This document shows, piece by piece, positions 19,419-29,762 of a DNA stretch of 64,000 bases (position 1 is its first letter; every line of letters begins with the position of its first letter). The notes under the pieces are model-generated. The model was given only the letters and a program-made list of their open reading frames with translations, did not search any database and had not been told where the DNA came from. Location: assembly GCA_963848135.1 (NCBI GenBank), contig CAWKCK010000003.1, positions 930,001-994,000 on the forward strand. The letters run 5' to 3'. The DNA comes from an uncultured delta proteobacterium. Lineage in GTDB: Bacteria > Desulfobacterota > Desulfobacteria > Desulfobacterales > SG8-13. The position numbers and the translations under genes are program-made.

Positions 19419-19868
19419 ATGACGATTGTCAGTTGGGATCCGTTCAGAGAGGTGGCTACACTTCAGGATCGTATCAACAGGCTTTTTGATGATGCTTTCC
19501 CACGAAAAGGTGACCCGGGTGACGATGCGAATCTGATCGATTGGCGGCCAGCCGTTGACATCTTCGAGACAGACAGCGGCGTGGTTTTAGAGGTGGAACT
19601 TCCCGGTGTCATCAAGGCGGATGTGTCGGTCGAGGTCAAAGACAATATACTGACCATCAGAGGTGAGCGTAAGATGGAAAATAAAGGGCTGGCGGAGAAT
19701 TATTACCGCCGGGAAAGGGTATACGGCTCATTCAGGCGAGCATTTAACCTTCATTACGTCGTGAATCCTGAAAAAATAAGCGCCAGGTTCAACAACGGTG
19801 TCCTCAGTATCGAGGTGCCGAAACCGGAAGAAGAAAAACCAAAACAAGTGACTGTCAACGTAGATTGA
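19419..19868 (+). CDS. Hsp20/alpha-crystallin small heat shock protein
   Basis: WDPFRE..LQDRINRLF, WRPAVDIFET, ERVYGSFRRAF, ARFNNGVLSIEVPK. Confidence 0.95.
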   Translation: MTIVSWDPFREVATLQDRINRLFDDAFPRKGDPGDDANLIDWRPAVDIFETDSGVVLEVELPGVIKADVSVEVKDNILTIRGERKMENKGLAENYYRRERVYGSFRRAFNLHYVVNPEKISARFNNGVLSIEVPKPEEEKPKQVTVNVD

Positions 19869-19916
19869 CATGGACGACGGGGGTGCCTATTCCCCGTATC
19901 CTAGCCCGTTCGTTCG

Positions 19917-19943
19917 AACCCGGTCAGCCGTGCCGGGTTTTCT
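19917..19943 (+). terminator. putative intrinsic terminator after hsp20
   Basis: AACCCGG-N-CCGGGTTTTCT stem followed by a short T-tract. Confidence 0.5.
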
Positions 19944-20251
19944 ATGTCTATCGGTTTCAACCGGGCGTGTTTGCCATAAACTGAAAAATGGCATATGACA
20001 ATCAGAAAGAGAAACTTTTCGATTCGGCGGGCGTTGCGCTTCAACAACCAGGCCCGATCAAATAGAGCGTCGCAGGAAAGCATGCCTTCGGCCTCACCGC
20101 GCGAGCACCTTCGCTTCGGGATGCCGGAGTATGGCGTTAAGGTTCGCGAGCCTATCGAAACGCAACGATATCATGGGTTTTGAATAAACAACCGCAGACG
20201 TTGTGTCGGCCGATTTCATTTACTCCTGCGACAAGCGCGAATGGCAACCCT

Positions 20252-21394
20252 ATGAGCTCTCGGCATTCGTTTCTGGCCATCCGCTTTCAGTATTTTTCCT
20301 ATTTTGCCGTCCTCGGCATTTTCCTGCCTTATTTCAACCTCTACTGTTACCATCTGGGATTCAGCGGGGCTCAAATTGGTGCTTTGTCGGCTGTCAGATC
20401 CCTGGTAATGGTTGTATCATCCATAATTTGGGGGCTTCTCGCCGACCGATTTTACTTGCGACGGCGCATCTATGTGCTTTGCAGCGCTGCCAGTGCGTTC
20501 ACGTGGCTTTTCTTTCTCACGACCAATGATTTTTGGTTGATGCTGCTCTTCACCGTAATTTACGTTTGTTTTTACGCGCCAATTATCGCCTTTCTGGAAG
20601 CCTTCACTCTGGATCAACTCGAATTCCGCAAAGAATCCTATGGTCGCATCAGGGCCTGGGGGTCGGTGAGCTTTATCCTGGTTGTGATCTTGCTGGGACG
20701 TGCCATCGATCTGTTTCATATCCGCTTGATTCTCGTGCTTATTTTTGCCGGTTCCCTTCTGCAAGCTTTGGGATCCCTTCGCATGCCCCGATTTGGTTCC
20801 ACTGATCGATCACTGATCCCGCGAACCGGCGGAAGCCTGCTGAACCGGCATGTGGGCATATTTCTCCTGTGTGGGTTTCTCATGCTGGTGAGTCACGGCG
20901 CATACTACGGATTTTTTTCTATCCATCTTGAAAATCTCGGCTATACCCGAGCCTTTATCGGTTTGACGTGGGCTGTGGCATCGATTGCAGAGATTATTGT
21001 CATGATAAAATCGGAGTCGATATTCAAACGTTTTTCCCTTGAAAGGGTCCTCGAATTTTCATTTGTCGTGGCCGTGGCCCGATGGCTCGCGCTTAGCACC
21101 GTCCACTCTCCCGCCCTGGTGCTTCTCGTTCAACTACTGCACGCGGTAACATACGGGACATTTCATATGGCCAGCATCCTATATATCGATCGCCTGACCA
21201 CCGAGCAGACCAAAACGATCGGTCAGGCGGCCAATAATGCGGTTCAATATGGGTTGGGTTTGATGGTTGGTTTTTTTCTGAGCGGTTTTCTGTATGAACA
21301 GACCGGCTCTGCCGTTCTGTTTTTAGTAAGTGCAGGCATTGCCGCTGCCGGAGGGGCGATATTCTGGGGATACATCCGATTCGGCAGATCCTGA
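20252..21394 (+). CDS. MFS transporter (HcaT/MFS_1-like)
   Basis: About 12 hydrophobic segments, WGLLADRF, SYGRIRAWGS, HGAYYGFFSIHL. Start is probably ATG 20252. Confidence 0.88.
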   Translation: MSSRHSFLAIRFQYFSYFAVLGIFLPYFNLYCYHLGFSGAQIGALSAVRSLVMVVSSIIWGLLADRFYLRRRIYVLCSAASAFTWLFFLTTNDFWLMLLFTVIYVCFYAPIIAFLEAFTLDQLEFRKESYGRIRAWGSVSFILVVILLGRAIDLFHIRLILVLIFAGSLLQALGSLRMPRFGSTDRSLIPRTGGSLLNRHVGIFLLCGFLMLVSHGAYYGFFSIHLENLGYTRAFIGLTWAVASIAEIIVMIKSESIFKRFSLERVLEFSFVVAVARWLALSTVHSPALVLLVQLLHAVTYGTFHMASILYIDRLTTEQTKTIGQAANNAVQYGLGLMVGFFLSGFLYEQTGSAVLFLVSAGIAAAGGAIFWGYIRFGRS

Positions 21395-21588
21395 TAACGA
21401 TGAAGGGCAGTGGCGTTGTGAAGAGAAGGGATTTCAAAACCCGCAGGTCAGGTTCTCGGGCAAGTTGCCGGTCGGCGCAAAAGTGCAGGCTATTCAGCCT
21501 GATGTATTCAGAGGCGACGGGTGATTGGCACCGACCGCCGGCTTGCAAAGTGGTCATCCCGTCCTGGACAGGGTCCCGCATCTACAGG

Positions 21589-22305
21589 TCATTCCCGTTT
21601 GGGAGAGAGAAGGTGTCCAACCCAATGACTTAAGCTATTGCCGCCCAAGATCGATCTGTCCAGACGGTCGATCTCTTCAAACAGTCTCTGCGGATCGTGG
21701 TACCACTGCGATCGTGTGGTTACTGGCCGGGAGGGGTCCAATTGCTTGACCACCCGGGCCGGATTGCCGACGGCCACCGCATTTGGCGGGATGTCGTTCA
21801 CCACGACAGCCCCGGCGCCAACGATGCTGTTTTCTCCCACGCGGACACCCTTGCAGACGATGGCGCTGTCTCCAATCCACACATTGGGATCGAGTCGCAC
21901 CGGTTCCGACCGCCCGATGGCCAGGCGATCATACAGGCCGTGCCAGTCACAGTCGGTGATATAGGCCCGGCTTGCAATCATACAGTTATCCTCAATCACG
22001 ACCTCCTGCGCTGATCCAATGCGCACTCCGGGACAAATCAGGCCGTAACTGCCGATGCGAATACTACCTTTGCCTGGAGACGCCGGCCAGACCGAGAGTC
22101 TGACTTTGCCGTCCGGAGCAGCGATGATTGTGGCGTAATCTCCGATTTCTACCGGGGCGCCGAAAATTTCGACATGCCACGGCTTGATGACCTGAAGGCG
22201 TTTTCCCGCACGTTTCATTTGGGGTACCAGAAATCGTCGGGAGTAAAATGCCTGGAGATTCAAATAGGCTTTCTTGACGAAATAGGGGCGGTGATCACGC
22301 CTCAT
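21589..22305 (-). CDS. hexapeptide-repeat (LbH) O-acyltransferase
   Basis: YITDCDWH, VWIGDSAIVCKGVRVGENSIVGAGAVV..DIPPNAVAVGNPARVVK. Confidence 0.9.
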   Translation of the reverse strand: MRRDHRPYFVKKAYLNLQAFYSRRFLVPQMKRAGKRLQVIKPWHVEIFGAPVEIGDYATIIAAPDGKVRLSVWPASPGKGSIRIGSYGLICPGVRIGSAQEVVIEDNCMIASRAYITDCDWHGLYDRLAIGRSEPVRLDPNVWIGDSAIVCKGVRVGENSIVGAGAVVVNDIPPNAVAVGNPARVVKQLDPSRPVTTRSQWYHDPQRLFEEIDRLDRSILGGNSLSHWVGHLLSPKRE

Positions 22306-22454
22306 TCTTTAGCTCCATGACAGAACGGCATGGGGTCCCTGTGCCGCCGCAGGGTGGAGAATGAGTGTCGTCAACGGGGGCATGATTTTTCGGATGGCAA
22401 AATGGACGTCGTGATGGGGTTTTGCGGGTCTGGCAATGAGAAATGCTACTGGGT

Positions 22455-23501
22455 TCAATTTTCTGCTCCCTCTTTTGTCCAAAACGCATGCGAGAAAAGG
22501 CGGCTTGCCGGTGTCAGATCGTAGAGGGCGTCGGCGGCCAAAAGCACAGCGGCATTGGTCCATGATAGTTTCTCTTCCGGCCAGACTGTCATATCCGGAG
22601 AAGTAAAACCGGTCCAGTACCAACCGTCTTCATAGCGTTTATCGACAGCCCAGTTAAATATGATCTCCGCTGGTGTTCTGCGGCCCGCTGCCGACAGGGC
22701 CAGGCAGAGTTCGGAGGTTTCCGCAATCGTTACCCAGGGCCGGTCCGAGACACATCGAACCCCCCGACCTTCAATGACGAATTTCTTCCAGAGGTGATCG
22801 ATACGTTTGTGGGCTTCCGCCCCCGTGATAACCCCGCAGAGAACCGGATAATACCAGTCCATGGCATAACGCGCTTTGGTCATGTTGAACCGGTGCGGTT
22901 CGAAGATTATGGCATGTTGCAGTTGGTAAAGCCCCTGTTTCCAGGATGCCTGCCGATAGCCTAATATCCGGGCGATGGCCAGGGCACAGCGGATGCTCAT
23001 GTAGATGGAACAGGACCCGGTCAGAAGAGCCATCCTGTCAACACCGCCTGCGGGACCGATGGCCCAGTATATCTCACCATGGGGGGCTTGAAGGCTGAGC
23101 GCAAAATCGATGGCGGATCGGACACTGTCCCACATTTGTTTCAAAAACGATTGGTCGCTGCTGATCAGATAGTGGTGAAACACGCCGACTGCGATGTACG
23201 CTGACAAGTTTGCATCCCGGGTTGTGTCTTGCGGCAATCCGTTGTTGTAAGCGGTATACCAGCTGCCATCGGCGTTTTGGTGGCGGTCCAGCCACGCATA
23301 GGCTTTTACCGCTTCGCTCGGGTATCCGCCGATGCTCAGGCCCATCGCCGCTTCCACCATATCCCAGGGGTCGGTCTTATTTTCGTCACACCAGGGAATA
23401 TCACCGTTCTGCCGTTGAACCGCTGCAATGCAGGCCGCGGTCGCGCCAACGTCCAGTGCGTGGGCCTGTTTTTTTCGAAAAACCTCAGACATCATCACCA
23501 T
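22455..23501 (-). CDS. prenyltransferase/squalene-cyclase-repeat (alpha/alpha toroid) protein
   Basis: QW-type repeats (Q..NGDIPW, WLDRHQNADGSWY, LQAPHGEIYW, EDGWYWTG), DPWDMVEAAMGL, AMDWYYPVL. Confidence 0.75.
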   Translation of the reverse strand: MVMMSEVFRKKQAHALDVGATAACIAAVQRQNGDIPWCDENKTDPWDMVEAAMGLSIGGYPSEAVKAYAWLDRHQNADGSWYTAYNNGLPQDTTRDANLSAYIAVGVFHHYLISSDQSFLKQMWDSVRSAIDFALSLQAPHGEIYWAIGPAGGVDRMALLTGSCSIYMSIRCALAIARILGYRQASWKQGLYQLQHAIIFEPHRFNMTKARYAMDWYYPVLCGVITGAEAHKRIDHLWKKFVIEGRGVRCVSDRPWVTIAETSELCLALSAAGRRTPAEIIFNWAVDKRYEDGWYWTGFTSPDMTVWPEEKLSWTNAAVLLAADALYDLTPASRLFSHAFWTKEGAEN

Positions 23502-23782
23502 TGGCCTTACCGGTTGGATTCATACTTACAGGTTATCTGTGGAAAAAGATTTCATTACTGTGGTTTCGGTTGGCTTGCAAGAAAAATTCCTTCCATTCGA
23601 TCACATTCACAGATGTTCATTGCCATATCGAGGTGGCTGATAGAAAGTGAATTGACCGGGTAGTCGGATTTGGCCGTTCTGCCGATATTTTCTGAATAGA
23701 TTTTGTAAATTTTTATAAACAATAATAACAATATCTTGTAGCATATTTAATTTGGATTGATTCCGTTTGATAAAGAAAATAT

Positions 23783-23812
23783 TTGTGATAGAACCCGCCA
23801 GTCGGTTATAAT
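23783..23812 (+). promoter_or_regulatory. sigma70-like promoter of the TetR-RND operon with a possible operator in the spacer
   Basis: TTGTGA-18-TATAAT, with the imperfect palindrome AACCCGCCAGTCGGTT at 23792-23807 in the spacer. Confidence 0.45.
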
Positions 23813-23888
23813 CCAAAAATGATTTGTTGGCGCAGACACCGGGAAAAGGGTAACACGGATCGGTTTCACCCATGGACGGTATAAGTTT

Positions 23889-24566
23889 ATGAGCCCAAAA
23901 TTCATTGATCGGGAAAAAAAGATGGCTGAAATTGCACGGGTGGCACTGGAGTGCTTTACCAGCCATGGATACGGGGCGACGAGCGTTGGTCAGATTGCCC
24001 GGGCCGCTGGCATCGGCAAGGGAACCATCTATGAGTATTTCGACACGAAGGCCGATATTTTTTTTGCCGCCGTTCTCGAATGGATGAAACGGCTGGAGGG
24101 CCAATTCTCGGAGCGCCTGGACGCGGTCGAAGACCCCGTTGATCGACTGCGGTTGTTTGTTGAATTGAGTGCGGCGATTGTCGACCCCATCGATCCGGGG
24201 CTTGCCCGGCTGTCGATCGATGTCCTGCGGCACACACTGCTGCAAGACGGCGCGCTCTACAAACGACGGCACCTGATGAAGGAAATCCATACCGGTATGC
24301 GAAGGATCGTGATCACCATTCTGCTGGAGGGGATTTCCAGAGGGGTATTCCGTCCTGAAATCGCGCGGGATGCTGAAAAACTGGCCATAAACCTGCTTGG
24401 ATATTTAGACGGCATCAGCCTTCACAGCCTGATTTCAGAAGGTGATTTCAACCTTAGAGAGCAGATCGAATTTTCCTTGGAAAGCATTCTGCGGCTGATC
24501 ACAAGCGATCAAGCGGCATACCGAATTGAGAACAAGGACCCGGCGGGTCGTGGCGGAGGGGTTTGA
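23889..24566 (+). CDS. TetR/AcrR-family transcriptional regulator
   Basis: HTH GYGATSVGQIARAAGIGKGTIYEYFDTKADIF. Confidence 0.95.
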   Translation: MSPKFIDREKKMAEIARVALECFTSHGYGATSVGQIARAAGIGKGTIYEYFDTKADIFFAAVLEWMKRLEGQFSERLDAVEDPVDRLRLFVELSAAIVDPIDPGLARLSIDVLRHTLLQDGALYKRRHLMKEIHTGMRRIVITILLEGISRGVFRPEIARDAEKLAINLLGYLDGISLHSLISEGDFNLREQIEFSLESILRLITSDQAAYRIENKDPAGRGGGV

Positions 24567-24567
24567 A

Positions 24568-25722
24568 ATGAATAGCCAGAGTTCAGAAAACGGAAGGTCT
24601 TCAGGCGTGGTTCGCGGCAGACGACTGCGCCGATTATTGCCGACGGGATTGGTGGTTATACTCGTGGGGGTGACCGGGCTGCTGTTCTTCTGGATCCGGT
24701 CAGAGGGAGAAGTCATTCGCGAGCGCAACCAGGCCGGTTTGAAATCTGATCGACAAGCCGTCAATGTTGTGGCTTTGAAAATGGTACCCGGGACCGTTCG
24801 CGATCGTCTCGTTCTGCCGGGCGTGACTAAAGCATGGGTAGAGATGCAAATCTTGGCCGAAGTCAGCGGGCGGGTCATCCGCAAGGCGATTCCCGAAGGA
24901 ACCGCCGTTGTCAAAGGTCAAATCATTGCCAAAATAGATCCGCGCGACTTCCATAACGCGCACCTTTCTGCCAAAGCCGCATTCGATTTGGCTCTTTCGG
25001 ATTTCAAACGCCTGGAAAACCTTTACCGTCGAAATGCGATTCCCCGTTCCCAGCTTGACGGCGCCCAAGCAAAGGTCGAGACGACCCGTGCCGCTATGAA
25101 CACTGCTGCTCTGGACGTTGAGCGCTGCACCATCGAAGCGCCTTTCGACGGTGTGGTCAACCGGGTCGTCGTTGAAGAAGGTCAATACCTGAAAGTTGGC
25201 GACCCGGTGGCAGAGGTTCTGCAGGTGGAGTGCCTCAAAGTCCGCGTCGGAATTCCGGAATCGGACGTAGATGCCATCCGAAGACTAGAGCAATTCAATG
25301 TGACGGTTGACGCCCTGAACAATCGGCAAGTTGTTGCCCGGAAACACTTTCTGTCCCGCACCGCGGATTCTTCCGCCCGACTCTACTCTCTGGACCTTTC
25401 TTTAGACAATGCCGATGGCGCGATTTTACCCGACATGTTCGTGCGGGTCGAGATGGTCAAAAAAGAAGTACTTCAGAGTCTCTCTGTTCCGCTCTATGCC
25501 GTCGTCAACCGCAATGGCGATCAGTCGGTTTATGTGGTGGTTGGCGAATCGGCCCAGGCGCGACCGGTCATGCTGGGGCTGTTGGACGGCTGGCGCGTGG
25601 AAGTGAAGCAGGGCCTGCAGCCGGATGATCGTGTGATCATTGTGGGACATCGCAGTGTCAAAGACGGTGATCCTGTCCAGGTGATCCGCAGCGTCGAAGA
25701 CCCGGAGGAGATCGTACAATGA
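24568..25722 (+). CDS. RND efflux periplasmic adaptor (membrane fusion protein)
   Basis: N-terminal TM anchor, AEVSGRV, EG..V.KGQ, IEAPFDGVV, LPDMFVRV. Start ATG 24568. Confidence 0.92.
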   Translation: MNSQSSENGRSSGVVRGRRLRRLLPTGLVVILVGVTGLLFFWIRSEGEVIRERNQAGLKSDRQAVNVVALKMVPGTVRDRLVLPGVTKAWVEMQILAEVSGRVIRKAIPEGTAVVKGQIIAKIDPRDFHNAHLSAKAAFDLALSDFKRLENLYRRNAIPRSQLDGAQAKVETTRAAMNTAALDVERCTIEAPFDGVVNRVVVEEGQYLKVGDPVAEVLQVECLKVRVGIPESDVDAIRRLEQFNVTVDALNNRQVVARKHFLSRTADSSARLYSLDLSLDNADGAILPDMFVRVEMVKKEVLQSLSVPLYAVVNRNGDQSVYVVVGESAQARPVMLGLLDGWRVEVKQGLQPDDRVIIVGHRSVKDGDPVQVIRSVEDPEEIVQ

Positions 25723-28700
25723 TCATTTCCGACACAGCGGTGAAAAACCGTACCAGTGTGATGGTGCTGGCCGTGATCATCCTGGTGATCGGTGTATACT
25801 GTTACAGCGCTCTGCCCAGGGAGAGCGAGCCCGATATCACCATTCCGAATGTATTTGTGTCGACCCCTTACAGGGGCGTATCGTCCGAGGACATCGAAAC
25901 CACCATCACCATAAAAATCGAAAACAAACTCAAAGGGCTGGACCGGGTTAAAAAAATCCATTCCGTCAGTTCTGAAGGGGTTTCCCAGATCAACATCGAG
26001 TTTCTCCCTGGCACCGACATTGACGAGGTGCTCCAGAAGGTCAAGGACAAGGTCGATGAGGCCAAAAAAGACCTGCCGGGGGATTTGGAAGACGATCCCT
26101 CGGTATTCGAAGTCAACTTTTCCGAGCTTCCGATTGTCGTGTTTTCCTTGTCCGGTACCAGCGGTATTACCACGCTGAAGCGGATCGCCGACGACCTGGA
26201 AGAGGCGATAGAAGCCATTCCGGGTGTCCTCGAGGCGGATGTCAGCGGTGGCAGGGAGCGCGAAATCCGGATTGAGGTCGATCCGGACAAACTGGCCTAC
26301 TACCGATTGCCGATCACCGCCTTTCAGAATGCCGTTTACAATGAAAACCAGAACACCTCCGGCGGTTCAATTCGGCTGGGTGACGGCCGCTATCAGCTGC
26401 GGGTCCCCGGAGAATTCGAAGCGCCCGGAGAACTCCTCAATCTGGTGATCGGTACTTTCGAAGGACGGCCGGTATATCTGAAAGACATGGCGCAGGTCAC
26501 CGACGGATTCAAGGACGAGACCAGCCGGTCGCGCCTCAACGGTCGCGAAGCTGTCAATATTATGGTCAAAAAGCGTGTGGGAGAAAACATCATCGCCATC
26601 ACCGATCAGATTGACACCCTCATCGAACGCGAACAAAGCGCCTGGCCAGACGGGACCCGCATCGTCAAACTCATGGACCGTGCCAAGGACGTCCGCATGA
26701 TGGTCGCCGACCTGGAAAACAATATCATTTCCGGTCTTTTACTGGTGATTGTGGTTCTGTTCGTCGCGCTTGGCATTCGCAACGCCGTGCTGGTCAGTTT
26801 AGCGATTCCCTTCTCGATGCTGATCGCCTTTATGATCCTCTATGTTCTTGGAATTACACTCAACATGGTGGTTTTGTTTTCTCTGACCCTGGCTCTCGGT
26901 ATGTTGGTAGACAATGCCATCGTGATCATCGAAAATGTCTACCGTTACATGGAACAGGGCGTCCCGCGTATTCAAGCGGCCATGAAAGCTACCAGCGAAG
27001 TCGCCTATCCGGTAATCGGTTCTACGCTCACCACGCTGGCGGCCTTTCTGCCCCTGATATTCTGGCCCGGCATAATGGGTGAGTTCATGAAGTATCTGCC
27101 GATTACCCTGGTGGTCACGTTGACATCCAGTCTGTTCGTGGCCCTGGTGATAAACCCGGCCCTGGCGGCTTTATTTGCGCGCGTAAAGGGCCAGCGGCCA
27201 TTGCAGGCCGTCGATAAGAAAAGCGCAGCGGAGACCGTTGCAACCGGGGAAGAACCGGTAGCGGTCAAAGGCCGCCTGCTCACCGGTTATGTGGGCCTGT
27301 TGAAAAGCGGCCTTGCCCATCGCGGCGTCGTGCTTATTTCGTCTTTTGTCCTTCTGGTCATATTTATCCAGGTCTGGTTGCTGGCGGTGGGGCTCGAAAA
27401 ACCCGTGGAGTTCTTTCCCAAAATCGACCCCAAGAGTTTGTATGTCAACGTTGAACCGCCTGAAGGCGCCGACCTGGAATACATCGACCGGATCGTCAAG
27501 AAAGTTGAAATGGGAGTAAACGGTGCCATTCTTCAGAACCCGGAGCTGCCCCAAAGTCTCTATGATTTCGCCTACATTTCCCGGGAACACCGGAAGGCAG
27601 GCGGGCAGACATTTAACGGTCCCAGTGATCTGGATAACATAGAACATATATACGCCAAAGCCGTTGAAAACGCCCGGGCTGCGTCGTTTGAGCCGAACCT
27701 GCCCAATCACATCGGTGTCCAGTTTCTCGATTTGAAAGACCGTCGCCGGCCATCGGCCGAAAGCGCGGAAGAGATTCGACGGCGGGTGCAGGCCATCCCG
27801 GGGGCCCGGATCACTGTGGCTGAAGAACAGGGAGGGCCACCCACAGGCGCTCCTGTCAATATCGAGATATCCGGTGACGACTTCCGCGTTCTCGGCAGCT
27901 TGGCGCGGCGCGTGGCGGAGATCGTGTCCCGTGTCCCTTTTGTAGAAGATGTTCAGGACGATTATGTGGAAGGCATTCCGGCGGTTCGTGTGCGGGTTGA
28001 CCGTCAGAAGGCCGCACTTTTCGACCTGAATACCAACACGATCGGATTCGCCTTGAAAACCGCTTACAACGGGTTGGAGATTTCAACCTACCGTGAAGGT
28101 GATCAAGATTTCGATATAACCGTCACCCTCACCGATGCCGACCGACGAATGGTCGGTGTCCTGCACAAACTGATGATCCCGACACCGGTCGGCCAGCTGG
28201 TTCCACTCACCACCATTGCGCGTATCGATTACGCGGGAACCATGGGCGACATCGTGCGGATAAACCATAACCGCGTCGTTACTGTCAAAGCCAATGTTGA
28301 TGAGAATCGAATTCCGGGACCGGTGGCCCGCAAGCAGGCCGAAAACCTTCTGGCGGATTTTCCCCTGCCAGCTGGCTATCGGATGGCTTTCACCGGCGAA
28401 TTCGAGTTCCAGCAGGAAGCGGAAACATTTCTGACCAAAGCGTTTATGATTGCCATCTTCCTGATATTTTTGATTCTTGTGACACTTTTCAACTCTGTTG
28501 CCCAACCCCTCATCATCCTGACATCGGTCATCCTGTCTTTGGGCGGCGCTTTCGTCGGGCTCACGGTTCTGAGAGCACCTTTCGGAATTATCATGTCCGG
28601 TGTCGGTGTCATCTCTTTGGCCGGCGTCGTGGTGAACAACGCGATTGTTCTGATCGATTACACCAACAAATTGCGGCAAAGGGGGATGGCGCTTCAGGAA

Positions 28701-29027
28701 GCCGTGATTGCAGCGGGTGCCACGCGGCTGCGCCCCGTCCTTTTGACGGCCGTAACAACGGTTCTCGGATTGTTACCGATGGTGACTGGGGTATCCATCG
28801 ACTTCCATAACATGACCATCTCTTTTATCAGCGAATCGACCCAGTGGTGGCAGAACATGGCCATCGTTGTTATCTTTGGTTTGGTGATCGCTACTTTCCT
28901 GACGCTGGTGGTCGTTCCGATCCTCTACAGTTCGCTGGAGACCATGACGCACAGCCTGATAGGGTTCTTCAGTATGAGCAGAAGGGCGCCATACACCAAG
29001 GCCGGTATTGCCATTCGCGGGCGATGA
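25719..29027 (+). CDS. RND efflux transporter permease (AcrB/AcrD/AcrF family)
   Basis: LGMLVDNAIVIIEN, GVVVNNAIVLID, TRLRPVLLTA. Overlaps the adaptor gene by ATGA. Confidence 0.95.
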   Translation: MIISDTAVKNRTSVMVLAVIILVIGVYCYSALPRESEPDITIPNVFVSTPYRGVSSEDIETTITIKIENKLKGLDRVKKIHSVSSEGVSQINIEFLPGTDIDEVLQKVKDKVDEAKKDLPGDLEDDPSVFEVNFSELPIVVFSLSGTSGITTLKRIADDLEEAIEAIPGVLEADVSGGREREIRIEVDPDKLAYYRLPITAFQNAVYNENQNTSGGSIRLGDGRYQLRVPGEFEAPGELLNLVIGTFEGRPVYLKDMAQVTDGFKDETSRSRLNGREAVNIMVKKRVGENIIAITDQIDTLIEREQSAWPDGTRIVKLMDRAKDVRMMVADLENNIISGLLLVIVVLFVALGIRNAVLVSLAIPFSMLIAFMILYVLGITLNMVVLFSLTLALGMLVDNAIVIIENVYRYMEQGVPRIQAAMKATSEVAYPVIGSTLTTLAAFLPLIFWPGIMGEFMKYLPITLVVTLTSSLFVALVINPALAALFARVKGQRPLQAVDKKSAAETVATGEEPVAVKGRLLTGYVGLLKSGLAHRGVVLISSFVLLVIFIQVWLLAVGLEKPVEFFPKIDPKSLYVNVEPPEGADLEYIDRIVKKVEMGVNGAILQNPELPQSLYDFAYISREHRKAGGQTFNGPSDLDNIEHIYAKAVENARAASFEPNLPNHIGVQFLDLKDRRRPSAESAEEIRRRVQAIPGARITVAEEQGGPPTGAPVNIEISGDDFRVLGSLARRVAEIVSRVPFVEDVQDDYVEGIPAVRVRVDRQKAALFDLNTNTIGFALKTAYNGLEISTYREGDQDFDITVTLTDADRRMVGVLHKLMIPTPVGQLVPLTTIARIDYAGTMGDIVRINHNRVVTVKANVDENRIPGPVARKQAENLLADFPLPAGYRMAFTGEFEFQQEAETFLTKAFMIAIFLIFLILVTLFNSVAQPLIILTSVILSLGGAFVGLTVLRAPFGIIMSGVGVISLAGVVVNNAIVLIDYTNKLRQRGMALQEAVIAAGATRLRPVLLTAVTTVLGLLPMVTGVSIDFHNMTISFISESTQWWQNMAIVVIFGLVIATFLTLVVVPILYSSLETMTHSLIGFFSMSRRAPYTKAGIAIRGR

Positions 29028-29479
29028 GAACCCTGCGGGAAAGACGCACAGGGCGACTGGTTCTTATTGCCGCTTGACTTTCCATCGGACATTGATTAGC
29101 TAATCTTATGGTTCCGATAGGTCATTTACTCGGGTTCGCCCACTTGTCTCTTCTATGAACCGGTGACTTCGTTATAGCAGGTCGTCCTCCATTTCTCGCT
29201 CAAACTTACTTCCCCAAAACGACCGTGCCACCGGATTTCGAAGCTTCAGGCCTGACGGGACGAAATCGGTGAATCTCCTCAGAGACCCCTTTCATTGGCA
29301 GGGGAATTGTCAGGGTAGCATGTTGGCAATTCTGCAATGAACGCCCACACACCTTCCGTTGCGCTGTGGGCCGGCACCTGCAGAATAGGCGGCCCTTAGG
29401 CGGCACCTTATTTTGCTGGATGTCGAAACGGCCGCACGGGAATTACCCCGAAACGAAGACTAAAGGAAAGGAGGCAAAC

Positions 29480-29692
29480 ATGTCCGACAGTGTTTACAAA
29501 ATTATCGATCTGGTAGGAAGCAGTCCCACTTCCTGGGAAGAAGCCACGAAAAACGCAGTGGAAACCGCAGGGAAAAGTCTCAGGGATCTGCGTGTCGCTG
29601 AAGTCACCAAGCTGGATATGAAGGTTGAAAACGGGAAGGTTACAGCCTACAGGGCCCGCGTCAAGCTGTCTTTTAAATATGCCAGCGAATAG
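29480..29692 (+). CDS. dodecin-family flavin-binding protein
   Basis: MSDSVYKIIDLVGSSPTSWEEATKNAVETAGKSLRDLR...YRARVKLSFKY, SD AAGGAGG. Confidence 0.92.
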   Translation: MSDSVYKIIDLVGSSPTSWEEATKNAVETAGKSLRDLRVAEVTKLDMKVENGKVTAYRARVKLSFKYASE

Positions 29693-29711
29693 ATATTTCA
29701 ATGCGTTGATG

Positions 29712-29753
29712 AAAAAGCCTGCCCGGCGCCTTGCTGCCCGGCCAGGCTTTTTT
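29712..29753. terminator. bidirectional intrinsic terminator between dodecin and htpG
   Basis: AAAAAGCCTG...CAGGCTTTTTT, with T-tracts on both strands between convergent genes. Confidence 0.8.
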
Positions 29754-29762
29754 CTGTCAGTG

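Noticed and set aside
23576..23591. Possible minus-strand sigma54 site AGGAATTTTTCTTGCA before the prenyltransferase-repeat gene
   Set aside because: The GG-N10-GC spacing is right but the -24 box deviates from TGGCA, so it could be chance.
23607..24290. 227-aa minus-strand ORF, and many similar antisense ORFs over lon, the RND pump, pgm and the ABC operon
   Set aside because: They overlap well-supported genes on the opposite strand and have no family motifs.
29200..29300. FMN or glycine riboswitch before dodecin
   Set aside because: The conserved aptamer sequences are not present.
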